From the NCBI GenBank assembly GCA_000002445.1, contig AE017150.2, positions 736,001 through 800,000 of the forward strand: a DNA stretch of 64,000 nt. The letters are read 5' to 3'. Positions 1 through 10,700 of this stretch are shown here, in pieces (the first letter of the stretch is position 1; the number at the start of each line of letters is the position of its first letter). The notes under the pieces are model-generated. The model searched no databases and was not told the origin of the DNA. It saw nothing but the letters and a program-made list of their open reading frames with translations. The DNA comes from Trypanosoma brucei. Its lineage: Eukaryota. Made by a program: the position numbers and the translations under genes.

Positions 1-854
1 ATTTTTCCTCTTTTTTTTTCCTTCGGGGGTGATTTGCTTCTTCTTCTTTAATTTACTGTTTGTCACCTTTAGATAAAACGGTCATGCAGCGACTCGAAAC
101 TGGAAACTGATAGAAAAAATCAATGTATGAAAGAAATAAATAAATGATATATAAACATATATATAATATTTATTACGATAAAACAAGAATCCATATTAGT
201 TTAAATTCATTACTCTACCACGGCCGCAAGCGTATATAACTCATATACCAAAACAGAAACAAAATAACGTAAATAAAATAATGGAGGACAGCAAAATAGT
301 ATCCTTTCCTCATTGGAAAATAAAATAAATATTTATTTACTTATGTTTATTTATACTTACCTATAGTAATAATAATGATAACAATAATAATAATAATAAT
401 GAGCCGTTTCAACAAAGAGAGGACATAAGCATCAAGGAAAAAGCGCGTTGATGGAGTATGTAATAACACAATTGTTTGTAAAACGTCTATCTCCACCAGA
501 TCCTCATCCGCTTCCTCTCCTCGTTGCGGTGAAGCTTCAAATGTTCCTTCTCTCTTTTTCTTTTCCCTTCATTTGCTTCATGTCAGCACTGCTAATGTAT
601 GTGTTTGTATGTGCGTTTTTTTCTTTCCTTTTCTTTACTGTCACTGATAAGCCCCCGCATGAAGCACACGATAAAAATGCGCAAATAACCAGCCATACTT
701 ATATATTAATTTTTTAACCAAACGGGAAACACGAACACAATGTTCTCATTTGATATCCATTCCTTTGTTCCCTTCAAGGACGCCGATACCGAAACGTTCA
801 CATCCATTCACCAGAGAGTTTAGCTTTACCTAAAGGGAAATAAACACACACTAA

Positions 855-3800
855 TTACTTTCTTTTTCCATGCGCTTCAGAAGATGGGGGATATGGAATA
901 TGCGCAGGGTGATAATTGGATCCCCCTTCCATCGATGGTTTTGTCTTGCCACGTGCGGATGAAATGCCAATAAAGTCAGCGATATTGCCCGTGATGAGGT
1001 TCACTCTCTCGTCCATATTGTCCTGCTGCGCGCTTGTACCCTTTCTACGTATGTTTCCCTCATTAACTGTTGAATAACTCGATACCACTCTACGCCTTAC
1101 ATCACGGGATCCAGTGATGCTCTGCCTATTGCCATGTGTATCACCCGGCATTTCTTTTGCTCCCACTGATTTGCGTGGAGCCTTTGCTGAACTCCCAGTG
1201 CTTCCTTGAGCCGACACTGACACTGACACTTGACTATTGGAATTTACTATCCGGCGCTTCCCCGTCACGTACGCCACTTGCTGAGGTGGTGATGGATGGT
1301 CCTTTGCTTTGAAGGCCGGCACTGCCTGTAACCGAGATAGCTGGTAAAGGTTTTTGCAACTTTCGGAAAGACTGGTGGAGTTCTGCCGAGAGTTTCGACC
1401 CACCTCTGAAGCAGAAACCGTAGAACTTCTTCCTTGAGTCGTCGTCGGTGTGCTACTCTGCCGGTTGGAAGGCCGCCCCGCATCACCCCGGCCGTACATT
1501 TCATTGGGGAACATTTTGTTACCGCTTGTGGTAGCGTACACCGTGTTAATTCTTTGGAGAGTTGGTTGGCCGACTGATGCAGGAGGGGGTGAACGAAGCG
1601 TCTTTGGCTCATATCGGCGTTGTTGTTGTTGTCTCGGGGTGAACGGGGCAAGGTGGTGACGCTGGTCCTTCGCAATGTTGGGAAGTATGGTTTCATTACT
1701 TGTGTGCACAACAGGGCCGCCAACATGAGGAAAGGCAACGAAATACGCCTCCCCAGAGAGTAAAAAAGGTGCCGGAACCCCCTTGTTGGTAGAAGAGTCA
1801 CCACGCGGCTCCACTACTGTTGAACAATGGGGGGGAAATGGAGCTTCCGTCACCATTCGACCGGTGTCAAAAACAGTGGCTGACACGTGGCCAGGTTTAC
1901 TAGGCGAGCGCATGCTGACGGGTTCCCTTTGCTTCCGTTTACTGCTCTCCTTTCCCTTCATGGTGGATGGGGTCGAGGATGCCAAGCGCTCGTATGCCTC
2001 GGCAGCATCAGTCGGAGTTTTTCCAAATGTGGTTAAAGCTCCTTCAGTTGACGTTGGTGATGCCTCCGCATTTACGTCCGTCCCCGCTCCTGTGCCCAGT
2101 TGGTATTCATGGAGAGCCCCAACGGTCTCTTTGCCGTATGTTGTGCGTTTGCTGGGCGGAACGCACTCGAGGTCGCGGGAAATCGACAGCTCCTTATGGC
2201 TTTCCCGCACGCACTCCTTTTCCTTTGTGGGTATCGTCTTTGTCGGATGCGCGATAACGGGGGAAGGGTTAGAGCCACATGAAACATCCGCTTGTCGTCC
2301 TGGAGATGAAGTCATCCCCGGCTGTGACCCGGCCTCCGCACTCGGTGTTGTTGGTAGCAGCTCCACGAGGGTATTTTGTGGCGATGACTGGTCGCAGTCC
2401 GTGCCGCTTCTCAGCGTGGCCACGGGGCCGTTTCGTCCCTTTTTTCGCTCTCCCTCTTTGGTAAATGACGGCACAGAAGAGATGACTACCGATGATGTGT
2501 TTGACTTGGATGATTGCAACATCGCCACGGATGTTTCAAAGGGTTTGCGATCGTAAGCGGTTTCTACTTCCATAGGTTGCTGCGAGATGTGTTTAGAATC
2601 CGTGACGGATTTACCACACACAGTGGACAATGATGGGTGTCGCGTGGAAGTAGGCTGTTCCAAGGCTGGAAGCCCCGGTGCGTGTGCCGGCTCACAAAAA
2701 TTTCTATTAACGTTTTCGATAGGACGACTCCATTTGGTATCGGTTGCGCCGTCACCATCGATACTCTTGTTGTGACTAGAGGTTGGTGTGACTTTGTCAC
2801 ATACAGGAATCCGTACCGCCGGCTGTCCGTTTTGGGCTTCCTTCGCATTCCCGGACCCAACTATAGCCTTTACTCTAATACTCGACGTCGCACGCGGCGT
2901 GGCAAGCTTTTTAATGGGGTTGCCGCCCCTTGCCGGGGTATTAGATCTCTTGTTGGAGGCAGTCGAGTTTGACAGGATGAAGGGTTGCTTGAATATACGG
3001 TGCTTCAGCGCCTCTTCTGCGGTAGCACGACTCTCTGGATCATACACGAGCATCGATGCAATGAGGTCGCACAACTCGGTATCACCGGGAAGTAACTCAG
3101 CCAAGGTTCTGCTGCGCATCCTCCCCAAAATAACGTCGTCGCAATCACGAAGGAAATTTCCGTTTTGATCAAAGAAAGATCGTGAATTCTTGGACCTACG
3201 CCTGAACAAGTCAGGAAGGGGACCAAGGCACCTTTCCATGAGCTGCAGATGTGTAAGATCATCACGAACATCGAACAGACGTCGACCTATTGCCAATTCA
3301 AAGATGATACACCCAACGCTCCACATATCTGCAGGATGATACCACGGGTTCCCAAGCACAACCTCTGGAGCACGATATGGACGGGTTGTGATGAGGTCTG
3401 AATCGAGATGATCCATTCGCCAGAGGGATGAGCTTCCAAAATCACACACCACCCAGTTATCACCAATACTACTCTTTGAGGTTGTTATGTTCTCGAGAAG
3501 GATATTTTCCGGTTTTAAATCAGTATGCACCATTCGGCAGTCAATATGTATAAACCGACATGTCTCCAGAAGAGAGTGTGCAACCTGCACTACCTTTTCC
3601 CGTGTTACAACACCGTTAGCGTAGCCGAGGCGTCGCTCTCGCAGCGAGGGGCCATATATCTTCATCACAAACACTGGGTAGCCCTTCCACTCAAAAAACT
3701 CTAACATCTGGCATACCGAAGCTCTACCATTCTTTTTCTGAGATAGTATCTGCAACATTTCCTGTTCAAAATACGCATCGTTCTTGTATTCCTTCTTAAC

Positions 3801-3968
3801 AACTTTCACCGCAACCGGCTGTCGTCTGACTCCACCAGCCTTTGGCGTACCGAAGCAGTAATACACCTTGGAGAAGTTTCCACATCCAACCTCCTCCAAA
3901 ACCTCAAAGCGGTTGTCAATCAAATCGCCGGCGCTTAGCTTCAGATGTTCACCCTTCGAGGGTGACAT
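855..3968 (-). CDS. Serine/threonine protein kinase, CMGC group (CLK/LAMMER- or DYRK-like), with a roughly 690-aa S/T/P/N/Q-rich low-complexity C-terminal tail
   Basis: Seen in sequence: the ATG at 3966-3968 was verified by hand. Kinase subdomains are present: glycine loop GCGNFSKVY, VAVK lysine, HTDLKPENILL catalytic loop, DFGSS, and an activation segment TTRPYRAPEVVLG. A LAMMER-like helix THLQLMERCLGPLP follows. After roughly residue 350 the protein is low complexity. Assignment to a CMGC subfamily is inference from these motifs. Confidence 0.8.
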   Translation of the reverse strand: MSPSKGEHLKLSAGDLIDNRFEVLEEVGCGNFSKVYYCFGTPKAGGVRRQPVAVKVVKKEYKNDAYFEQEMLQILSQKKNGRASVCQMLEFFEWKGYPVFVMKIYGPSLRERRLGYANGVVTREKVVQVAHSLLETCRFIHIDCRMVHTDLKPENILLENITTSKSSIGDNWVVCDFGSSSLWRMDHLDSDLITTRPYRAPEVVLGNPWYHPADMWSVGCIIFELAIGRRLFDVRDDLTHLQLMERCLGPLPDLFRRRSKNSRSFFDQNGNFLRDCDDVILGRMRSRTLAELLPGDTELCDLIASMLVYDPESRATAEEALKHRIFKQPFILSNSTASNKRSNTPARGGNPIKKLATPRATSSIRVKAIVGSGNAKEAQNGQPAVRIPVCDKVTPTSSHNKSIDGDGATDTKWSRPIENVNRNFCEPAHAPGLPALEQPTSTRHPSLSTVCGKSVTDSKHISQQPMEVETAYDRKPFETSVAMLQSSKSNTSSVVISSVPSFTKEGERKKGRNGPVATLRSGTDCDQSSPQNTLVELLPTTPSAEAGSQPGMTSSPGRQADVSCGSNPSPVIAHPTKTIPTKEKECVRESHKELSISRDLECVPPSKRTTYGKETVGALHEYQLGTGAGTDVNAEASPTSTEGALTTFGKTPTDAAEAYERLASSTPSTMKGKESSKRKQREPVSMRSPSKPGHVSATVFDTGRMVTEAPFPPHCSTVVEPRGDSSTNKGVPAPFLLSGEAYFVAFPHVGGPVVHTSNETILPNIAKDQRHHLAPFTPRQQQQRRYEPKTLRSPPPASVGQPTLQRINTVYATTSGNKMFPNEMYGRGDAGRPSNRQSSTPTTTQGRSSTVSASEVGRNSRQNSTSLSESCKNLYQLSRLQAVPAFKAKDHPSPPQQVAYVTGKRRIVNSNSQVSVSVSAQGSTGSSAKAPRKSVGAKEMPGDTHGNRQSITGSRDVRRRVVSSYSTVNEGNIRRKGTSAQQDNMDERVNLITGNIADFIGISSARGKTKPSMEGGSNYHPAHIPYPPSSEAHGKRK

Positions 3969-3994
3969 ATTTAGTTCTTTTCACGTAACGCGAT

Positions 3995-4110
3995 AAATAG
4001 CGAAAGTTCTGCTAATAATAACAGTTTTTAATAAAGACGATAATAAATAATAATAATAATAATAATGCCACTGAAAAAAAAAAAGAAAAACACCGCGGTA
4101 GAATGTGTAA
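3995..4110 (-). promoter_or_regulatory. Polypyrimidine tract (on the minus strand) upstream of the kinase ATG; candidate trans-splicing / polyadenylation control region
   Basis: Seen in sequence: the + strand reads aataataataataataatgccactgaaaaaaaaaaagaaaaacacc, which is U/C-rich on the minus strand, within about 150 nt upstream of the ATG at 3968. Established knowledge: kinetoplastid mRNA processing is specified by polyY tracts followed by an AG acceptor. The exact acceptor site was not determined. Confidence 0.3.
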
Positions 4111-5128
4111 AAGAGAAAGGTCCGTAACAAATATACAAAGAAAAATTTATATATATTTGTACGAGAGTACACCGCGTCCCCCTCACTGGGTTAACTAAAT
4201 TGTTGTAAGGTGTCGAAAATAAAGACACCACCACGAAAGGAAAAGAAGTCAAAGATGGGAGAAAACAGGAGAAGAGTGATTCAAAAGTTGTGAATTGCAT
4301 TAACGAACGTGAAGCACAGAGAAAAAGAAGATGCAGACGGCGCCCCCAACCCAACCCAATTCACTCCCCAAAAAGGAACGGGCAGTGGTCAAAAAGGAGA
4401 AGGAAAGGAAACAATAAAATAAAACCACGTTTTCTTCATGCAAACATGTATAAAATCATGAGGTTATCCACTCTCACGAGACGCTTACTTGCGGAGTTTG
4501 CACCCTCACATGCTCATGGGTTCATACATTGAACACCTCCACGCCCACAACAGAGATCTGTCAACGAGGAAAGTTCGGGTAAACCTCACTATCACCCAAA
4601 TGGAATCCTCGAAAAAACAAAACAAAACAAAGAAACAACCATACAGTTTTTTAAAAATCTTCTTTGGAGAAACGTGCCCGAGCACGGAACACAATAAATA
4701 TCTAATGTGCTCATTTCCATTCCCTCCCCCTCGCGCAGTTGGGCTCAATACTCCTTGGCATACAACTGGCACTCGCTAAAATAGTTGCCCTCGATGACAA
4801 AAAGAAAACAACAACAAACAAACAAACAAACAAAGTTTAAATAGAACAAAACAACTAACTGATACGGATATACATAAGAGTAGTCGTTAATGGGGGGGGA
4901 AAGAATGAGAAAAGAGAGGGAAACTTTAATAATTTTTTCCTTGTTGTTTCCTTTTTACTCCGCTGCGCTTTCAGCACATCACATTAGTTTCACTTCCTCT
5001 CCCGAAACGATTAACGCACTGGTTCTTTGTCAATAACGATGTCCCAACTTAAACGCTAGTGCAATTCATATTTCTCCTCAAACATCGAGTAGGTGAACAC
5101 ACCCGCACACGCCAATACCCCTAACATA

Positions 5129-6706
5129 TTAAAGACGCGAAGCCTCAACATAGCGGGGAACGGCGCCCTTCATTTCCTCGGACGCCCTCGATGCAAAGCG
5201 GTCTTGGAAGCTCTTCTGGAACATGGTGACAAGTTCTTTCGTCGTCTCGTTGAACTGCTTCAGGTCCGTCCAAGCTTTGCGGGGGTTCAACAGGCTTGCG
5301 GGCACGTTCGCAACCCTCTTAGGAATGTGAAGGCCCCATCCGGGATACACTTCATAATCCGCCTGGTCAAGTGTACCGTCATGAATAGCATCAATGATGG
5401 CACGGGTGACGCGCAAAGGCATGCGCTTAGCCCCGCGGTCAGCACGGCCGCCTGCATAACCCGTGTTCAGCAGCCAAACGCGGCTATTGTGCTTTTCCAT
5501 CTTCTCAGCCAGTTGCTGGCCATAATGAGTGGCATGACGAACAAGGAATGGCCCACCGAAGCACGAGGAAAAAATGGGGCGAGCGACGCGAGCGCTTCCT
5601 GCTTCCACACCAGGGACGTTAGCCGTGTAGCCCATCACGAACCAGAACATAGCTTGAGCACTCGTTAGGCGTGCCACGGGAGGCATCACGCCAAAGGCAT
5701 CGTTCGTCAAGAAAATGATGTTCTTCGGGTGGCCCGCAACAGCCTTCGAAAGCGCACCGTCGATGTGCATGAGAGGGTAGGCAACGCGGGTGTTTTTGCA
5801 GATAGATTCATCATTAAAGTCAATTTCATGGGTTCTCCTGTCAAGAGTACAATTCTCGGCAACAGCGCCAAAGCGCACAGCCTCATAAATATCCTTCTCG
5901 GTTTCGGGGTTCAAACCAATCGCCTTAGCATAGCACCCGCCTTCAATGTTAAACACACCACGGTCCGTCCACACATGCTCGTCATCGCCAATGAGGTTGC
6001 GGCGCGGGTCCGCAGAGAGAGTCGTTTTGCCGGTTCCGCTGAGTCCAAAGAAGACCGTCACGTCACCGCTCTTACCCACGTTAGCGCTTGCATGCATGCA
6101 TAAGTGTCCCATGCGTGGCATCAATTCAAACATCACAGTCAGAATACCCTTCTTCATTTCACCAGCGTACTCTGTCCCAAGAATGACCTGTTCGCGGGTC
6201 TTAAAGTTCAGGGCCACTGACGTTGTTGAGGTAACACCGGGGACCGTCGGATCAGCCTTTGCCTCTCCGGCGTTGTAGATGACATAGTCCGGTTCACCAA
6301 AACTCTGCAGCTCCTCTAACGTAGGCACAATTAGCATGTTGCGCATGAAAAGTGCGTGGTAAGGGCGGGTCGTGTACACGCGCACCTTCAGGCGGTACCG
6401 TTCATCGTGGCCGGCAAAGCAGTCCATGACGAACAGGTGTTTGCAGGTGGCGAAGTAATCCTTTGCGATTGTCTTCAGTTTCTCAAATGATTCTTCGGTC
6501 AGCTTCATGTTTACGCTGCCCCAGTCCACATTGTCAGTAACGTCAGTGGTGTTTACAATACGCTTGTCGCGAGGAGAGCGGCCAGTCTTTGCGTATGAGC
6601 GTACGCTCAGGGCGCCACGAGCCGTCAGTTGGGAGTCCTTTTCAAGCTTAAGAGCCCACTCCACCAACTCGGGGGCGGTGAGATTCTTGTGAATTATAGG
6701 AGCCAT
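5129..6706 (-). CDS. PEPCK: Phosphoenolpyruvate carboxykinase [ATP], glycosomal (C-terminal PTS1 -SRL)
   Basis: Seen in sequence: the ATP-PEPCK kinase-1a P-loop GLSGTGKTTLS is present, with ATP-PEPCK-like similarity over the whole length. The C-terminal tripeptide SRL is a canonical PTS1 signal. The ORF track start at 6724 is a TTG codon. The first in-frame ATG (MAPIIHKNL) is at 6704-6706 and gives 525 aa, which matches the length I recall for T. brucei glycosomal PEPCK. Confidence 0.93.
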   Translation of the reverse strand: MAPIIHKNLTAPELVEWALKLEKDSQLTARGALSVRSYAKTGRSPRDKRIVNTTDVTDNVDWGSVNMKLTEESFEKLKTIAKDYFATCKHLFVMDCFAGHDERYRLKVRVYTTRPYHALFMRNMLIVPTLEELQSFGEPDYVIYNAGEAKADPTVPGVTSTTSVALNFKTREQVILGTEYAGEMKKGILTVMFELMPRMGHLCMHASANVGKSGDVTVFFGLSGTGKTTLSADPRRNLIGDDEHVWTDRGVFNIEGGCYAKAIGLNPETEKDIYEAVRFGAVAENCTLDRRTHEIDFNDESICKNTRVAYPLMHIDGALSKAVAGHPKNIIFLTNDAFGVMPPVARLTSAQAMFWFVMGYTANVPGVEAGSARVARPIFSSCFGGPFLVRHATHYGQQLAEKMEKHNSRVWLLNTGYAGGRADRGAKRMPLRVTRAIIDAIHDGTLDQADYEVYPGWGLHIPKRVANVPASLLNPRKAWTDLKQFNETTKELVTMFQKSFQDRFASRASEEMKGAVPRYVEASRL

Positions 6707-7767
6707 TGTGTTATGATTGGGCAATACACAACGAAATATATAAGTATAAGAACGTAAAATGTTAATTGTTGAAGACGGCTGTAGAGGCTATCTTTGAAAC
6801 TTTATCTCCTACTTATATGCTTACTGTTCTCTTTTGTTATTGTCTTGTTCGCTAGTAGATAATCTATGAACAGCAGTAAAAAATAAGGGAAACGGAAACG
6901 AGCAGTTTGAAACATATGGAACAGAGGAAAGTTGATAAAGGGGACACCACACACCACCACCGCGATACCGTACCATTGGGTTTCTATGACATGCTCAAAA
7001 CTCTCGAGCCACATAAAAAACATGTGCCTTACACCAAAACATCAAAATCTTGAAAGGGAGATGAGAACAAATGAGTAAGAACGATGTTAAGTTAATACAT
7101 ACACTCACCCAAACATTACCCTAATATAACATTACCACCGCAAAAACATGTAACACAGTTCAGAAACATGTTTTGAATATCAAGCCATACAACATTGGTG
7201 CCGCACCCTGCTTCGTTAGACAGACCCGCCATCACCCATATAAAATCAAACGAAGTATTACAAGAAGAACAAAGAGTATATGACTACCCACACGCATGCC
7301 TCTTTGATTTGGATTATGGATACGTTCCGCAAAATGAAACTCATCCCAAAAATATTTTTAAAAAGGCCGTATTCTACTGAAGAAATTGCTGCGCATTTCC
7401 CAGCGGTGCCTTCTGATCTTCTTCCACTTGTCTCCACCAGCTTCTATGAATTTATGCTAACCAATTACACATGTCATCCTTTCAAACTATAAACAGCAGG
7501 AAAAGACGAACAGACACTCATTGCCTTCATGCACTTGTTATCAGCGATCATAAACATACCGTTTCCTTCCTTTAACTCATTCGATCCTGCAGATTCTGTG
7601 AGTAAACAAATTTGAACGAAGTTGGCGCTCACGCTCACTCCACTTTTGGTCACCGTAAATGAAGTCAGGAGAATATTACCGGGAGGGATCATTTCTAGGT
7701 GCATGTGTAGATGAACTGCACACTTTATGCACTAATAACAGGTTTGAAGTACTTACCTGGCATCTCC

Positions 7768-10700
7768 TCACGAGACCGCATTGGCTGAACGAGACCTTTT
7801 CCTTGTGCTACGTATGTCCATGACTTGCCGTACCTGTCGCTGTGTTTGTTCAGTGATTCTGGAATGATGTGATGACTCAACGGACAAGCTCACCCTCTCT
7901 CTGGTGGTTCTTCCTGCACCTAGCACAGGTGACCCCCGAATTTGCTGTTCCGGTGGGCTGCTGTGTTGTGCCACTTCTGATGACACACGACCACCATAGG
8001 TTACAACCCTTGTCTTGGCATATCGAAGCTCGTCCTCCAGACCTTTCTTATCGCCCTGCAACTTCTGAACTGCGCTTTCAAGTTGTAAGGTCTTCCTTGA
8101 TGCATTCTCCGCATCTTGTGCCGCCTTGGCCGCATCTTGTTCATACTGGTCAAGTTGTTCGTCCTTCTGTACAAGCTCATCCTGCAGCCGTTGAACCTCC
8201 TCATCCTTTCGTTGTAGAGCTTTTTCAAGGAACGTAACGCGCGCCTGCGACATGCGAATACGCGCTTCATCCCCCTCCACAACGGCCTTTTGACGAGAGG
8301 AACCGCTTTGCCGTTTTGGGGAACCACTCGTCGATGCAACCTCCTCGCGGAGTGTTTGCACCTGAGCCTCCATCAGACTGAATGCTTTCGCCAGTTCCTC
8401 AGCTTGCTGCCTGGCCGCAAGTTCACCCTCACGTTTCGATGCCTCCAGTGCGGAGAGTTTATTGCGGCTCGCTTGCAACTGTGCGGAGAGCGAGTTGTTC
8501 TGCTGTTTCAACCGACTAACTTCCTCACCTCGCTCACGACCAAGTTCATCGACCCTCTCGGTGAGAGTACGACGCTCAGCTATGAGTTCTTCACGTTGCT
8601 GACGCATTTCCACCAACTGTTGACGAATTTCATCTAAATCTTCCAGATACGCATTTGACTGCGACGAATTCTGTTCCAATGACAAGAGAAGTTCCTCTTG
8701 ATTGGATTCCAACTGACGGCAAGTTTTTCGGCAGAGCATTAGATCTGCGTGAAGGCTTGATATTTGTAGAAACTGGGCGAGATCTACAGCCTCTAAGTCC
8801 ACCGGTTCCGCCCCCACAGAACTCACATCAACGGAACCATCCACACCTAATACACTGTGCGCGCCACGAACGTCCTTTGCCCGAACAAATTGTTCCAACC
8901 GCTGGCACTCCTTCTGCAATTTAACTACTTCCAGACATTTTCTTTCCAAATCTTGCTCTAGCCGAACATTGCGCTCCTCCAACCTCCTCCTCGCATCATT
9001 AGAGCGATCAACGGATCTTCTTGCGACAATAAGTTCCGTCACGCAACCCTCACTCCTACGGTCATAAAATTCTTCAAAACCACGCTTCGTAGCGGAAACT
9101 TGAGCATGAAGTTCATCCACAACCCGAGACAACCTCTCAACATCTGCACCAACAGCACCATCACTATCCCCCACTTTACCATTCAAAGAAGAAACACTAT
9201 CCACAAGCAAACGATTACTAACCAAAACTTCATCTTTTAAAAAAGATATTTCCTCAACACTCCTCTCCAGCTTCTCCTTTGCTGTACGGAGTTCCTCCTC
9301 AAGTGTAGAAACACGTTCCTCCATCTCAGTTGCCTTTTCTAAAGCAGCTTCCCGTTCCTCAGCAAGTCGCTCAAGTGCTACTAAAGCAGATGCCAATTGT
9401 GTACCAAGATCCGTATCAGCATTCCTTACAGCAACATCAGACACAAGAGCAGCTCGTGCATTGCCATCCTTGTCAGACTGTGAGGTGCGTACACGAACTC
9501 CAGCGGCATTCAACTTATTCGTTAGCTGTATGATCTCTTCTTCTGCTTCACGAAGACGTTGTTGCGTGTGTTGCAATTCTGTTGTGAAAGCTGCCACAGT
9601 TTGTTCAGGTGTTGTACCGTAACTCTCCAAACGGGAAACAGTTTCCTCAAGTTGCGTAAGTTTTGTCACATGTAGCTCACGTTCTGCAGACATTTTCTTC
9701 GTGGTTGAGTGCGCTGTACGGAGTTCCTCCTCAAGTGTAGAAACACGTTCCTCCATCTCAGTTGCCTTTTCTAAAGCAGCTTCCCGTTCCTCAGCAAGTC
9801 GCTCAAGTGCTACTAAAGCAGATGCCAATTGTGTACCAAGATCTGTATCAGCATTCCTTACAGCAACATCAGACACAAGAGCAGCTCGTGCATTGCCATC
9901 CTTGTCAGACTGTGAGGTGCGTACACGAACTCCAGCGGCATTCAACTTATTCGTTAGCTGTATGATCTCTTCCTCTGCTTCACGAAGACGTTGTTGCGTG
10001 TGTTGCAATTCTGTTGTGAAAGCTGCCACAGTTTGTTCAGGTGTTGTACCGTAACTCTCCAAACGGGAAACAGTTTCCTCAAGTTGCGTAAGTTTTGTCA
10101 CATGTAGCTCACGTTCTGCAGACATTTTCTTCGTGGTTGAGTGCGCTGTACGGAGTTCCTCCTCAAGTGTAGAAACACGTTCCTCCATCTCAGTTGCCTT
10201 TTCTAAAGCAGCTTCCCGTTCCTCAGCAAGTCGCTCAAGTGCTACTAAAGCAGATGCCAATTGTGTACCAAGATCCGTATCAGCATTCCTTACAGCAACA
10301 TCAGACACAAGAGCAGCTCGTGCATTGCCATCCTTGTCAGACTGTGAGGTGCGTACACGAACTCCAGCGGCATTCAACTTATTCGTTAGCTGTATGATCT
10401 CTTCTTCTGCTTCACGAAGACGTTGTTGCGTGTGTTGCAATTCTGTTGTGAAAGCTGCCACAGTTTGTTCAGGTGTTGTACCGTAACTCTCCAAACGGGA
10501 AACAGTTTCCTCAAGTTGCGTAAGTTTTGTCACATGTAGCTCACGTTCTGCAGACATTTTCTTCGTGGTTGAGTGCGCTGTACGGAGTTCCTCCTCAAGT
10601 GTAGAAACACGTTCCTCCATCTCAGTTGCCTTTTCTAAAGCAGCTTCCCGTTCCTCAGCAAGTCGCTCAAGTGCTACTAAAGCAGATGCCAATTGTGTAC

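Noticed and set aside
448-717. An 89-aa + strand ORF at the start of the window
   Set aside because: It lies on the strand opposite to the transcription unit, in a T/C-rich spacer. Its translation is hydrophobic low complexity (FLLSFSFPFICF…). It is most likely non-coding.
1265-3271. Multiple ORFs of 60-257 aa on both strands inside the 855..3968 kinase gene (for example 1783..2556 +, 1265..1804 -)
   Set aside because: They are fully overlapped by a long ORF with clear kinase motifs. Their translations are low-complexity. They are typical overlapping-frame artefacts.
5093-6278. The + strand ORFs (191, 124 and 110 aa) antisense to PEPCK
   Set aside because: They are completely contained within the strongly supported PEPCK CDS on the opposite strand. 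They have no motifs.
6724-6724. The ORF-track start coordinates 6724, 27076, 36899, 52073, 54915, 33919 and 63938, taken as initiation codons
   Set aside because: Direct reverse-complementing shows that these are TTG or GTG codons. Trypanosomatid translation starts at AUG, so the first downstream in-frame ATG was used instead. For 63938 the ORF was treated as running off the window.
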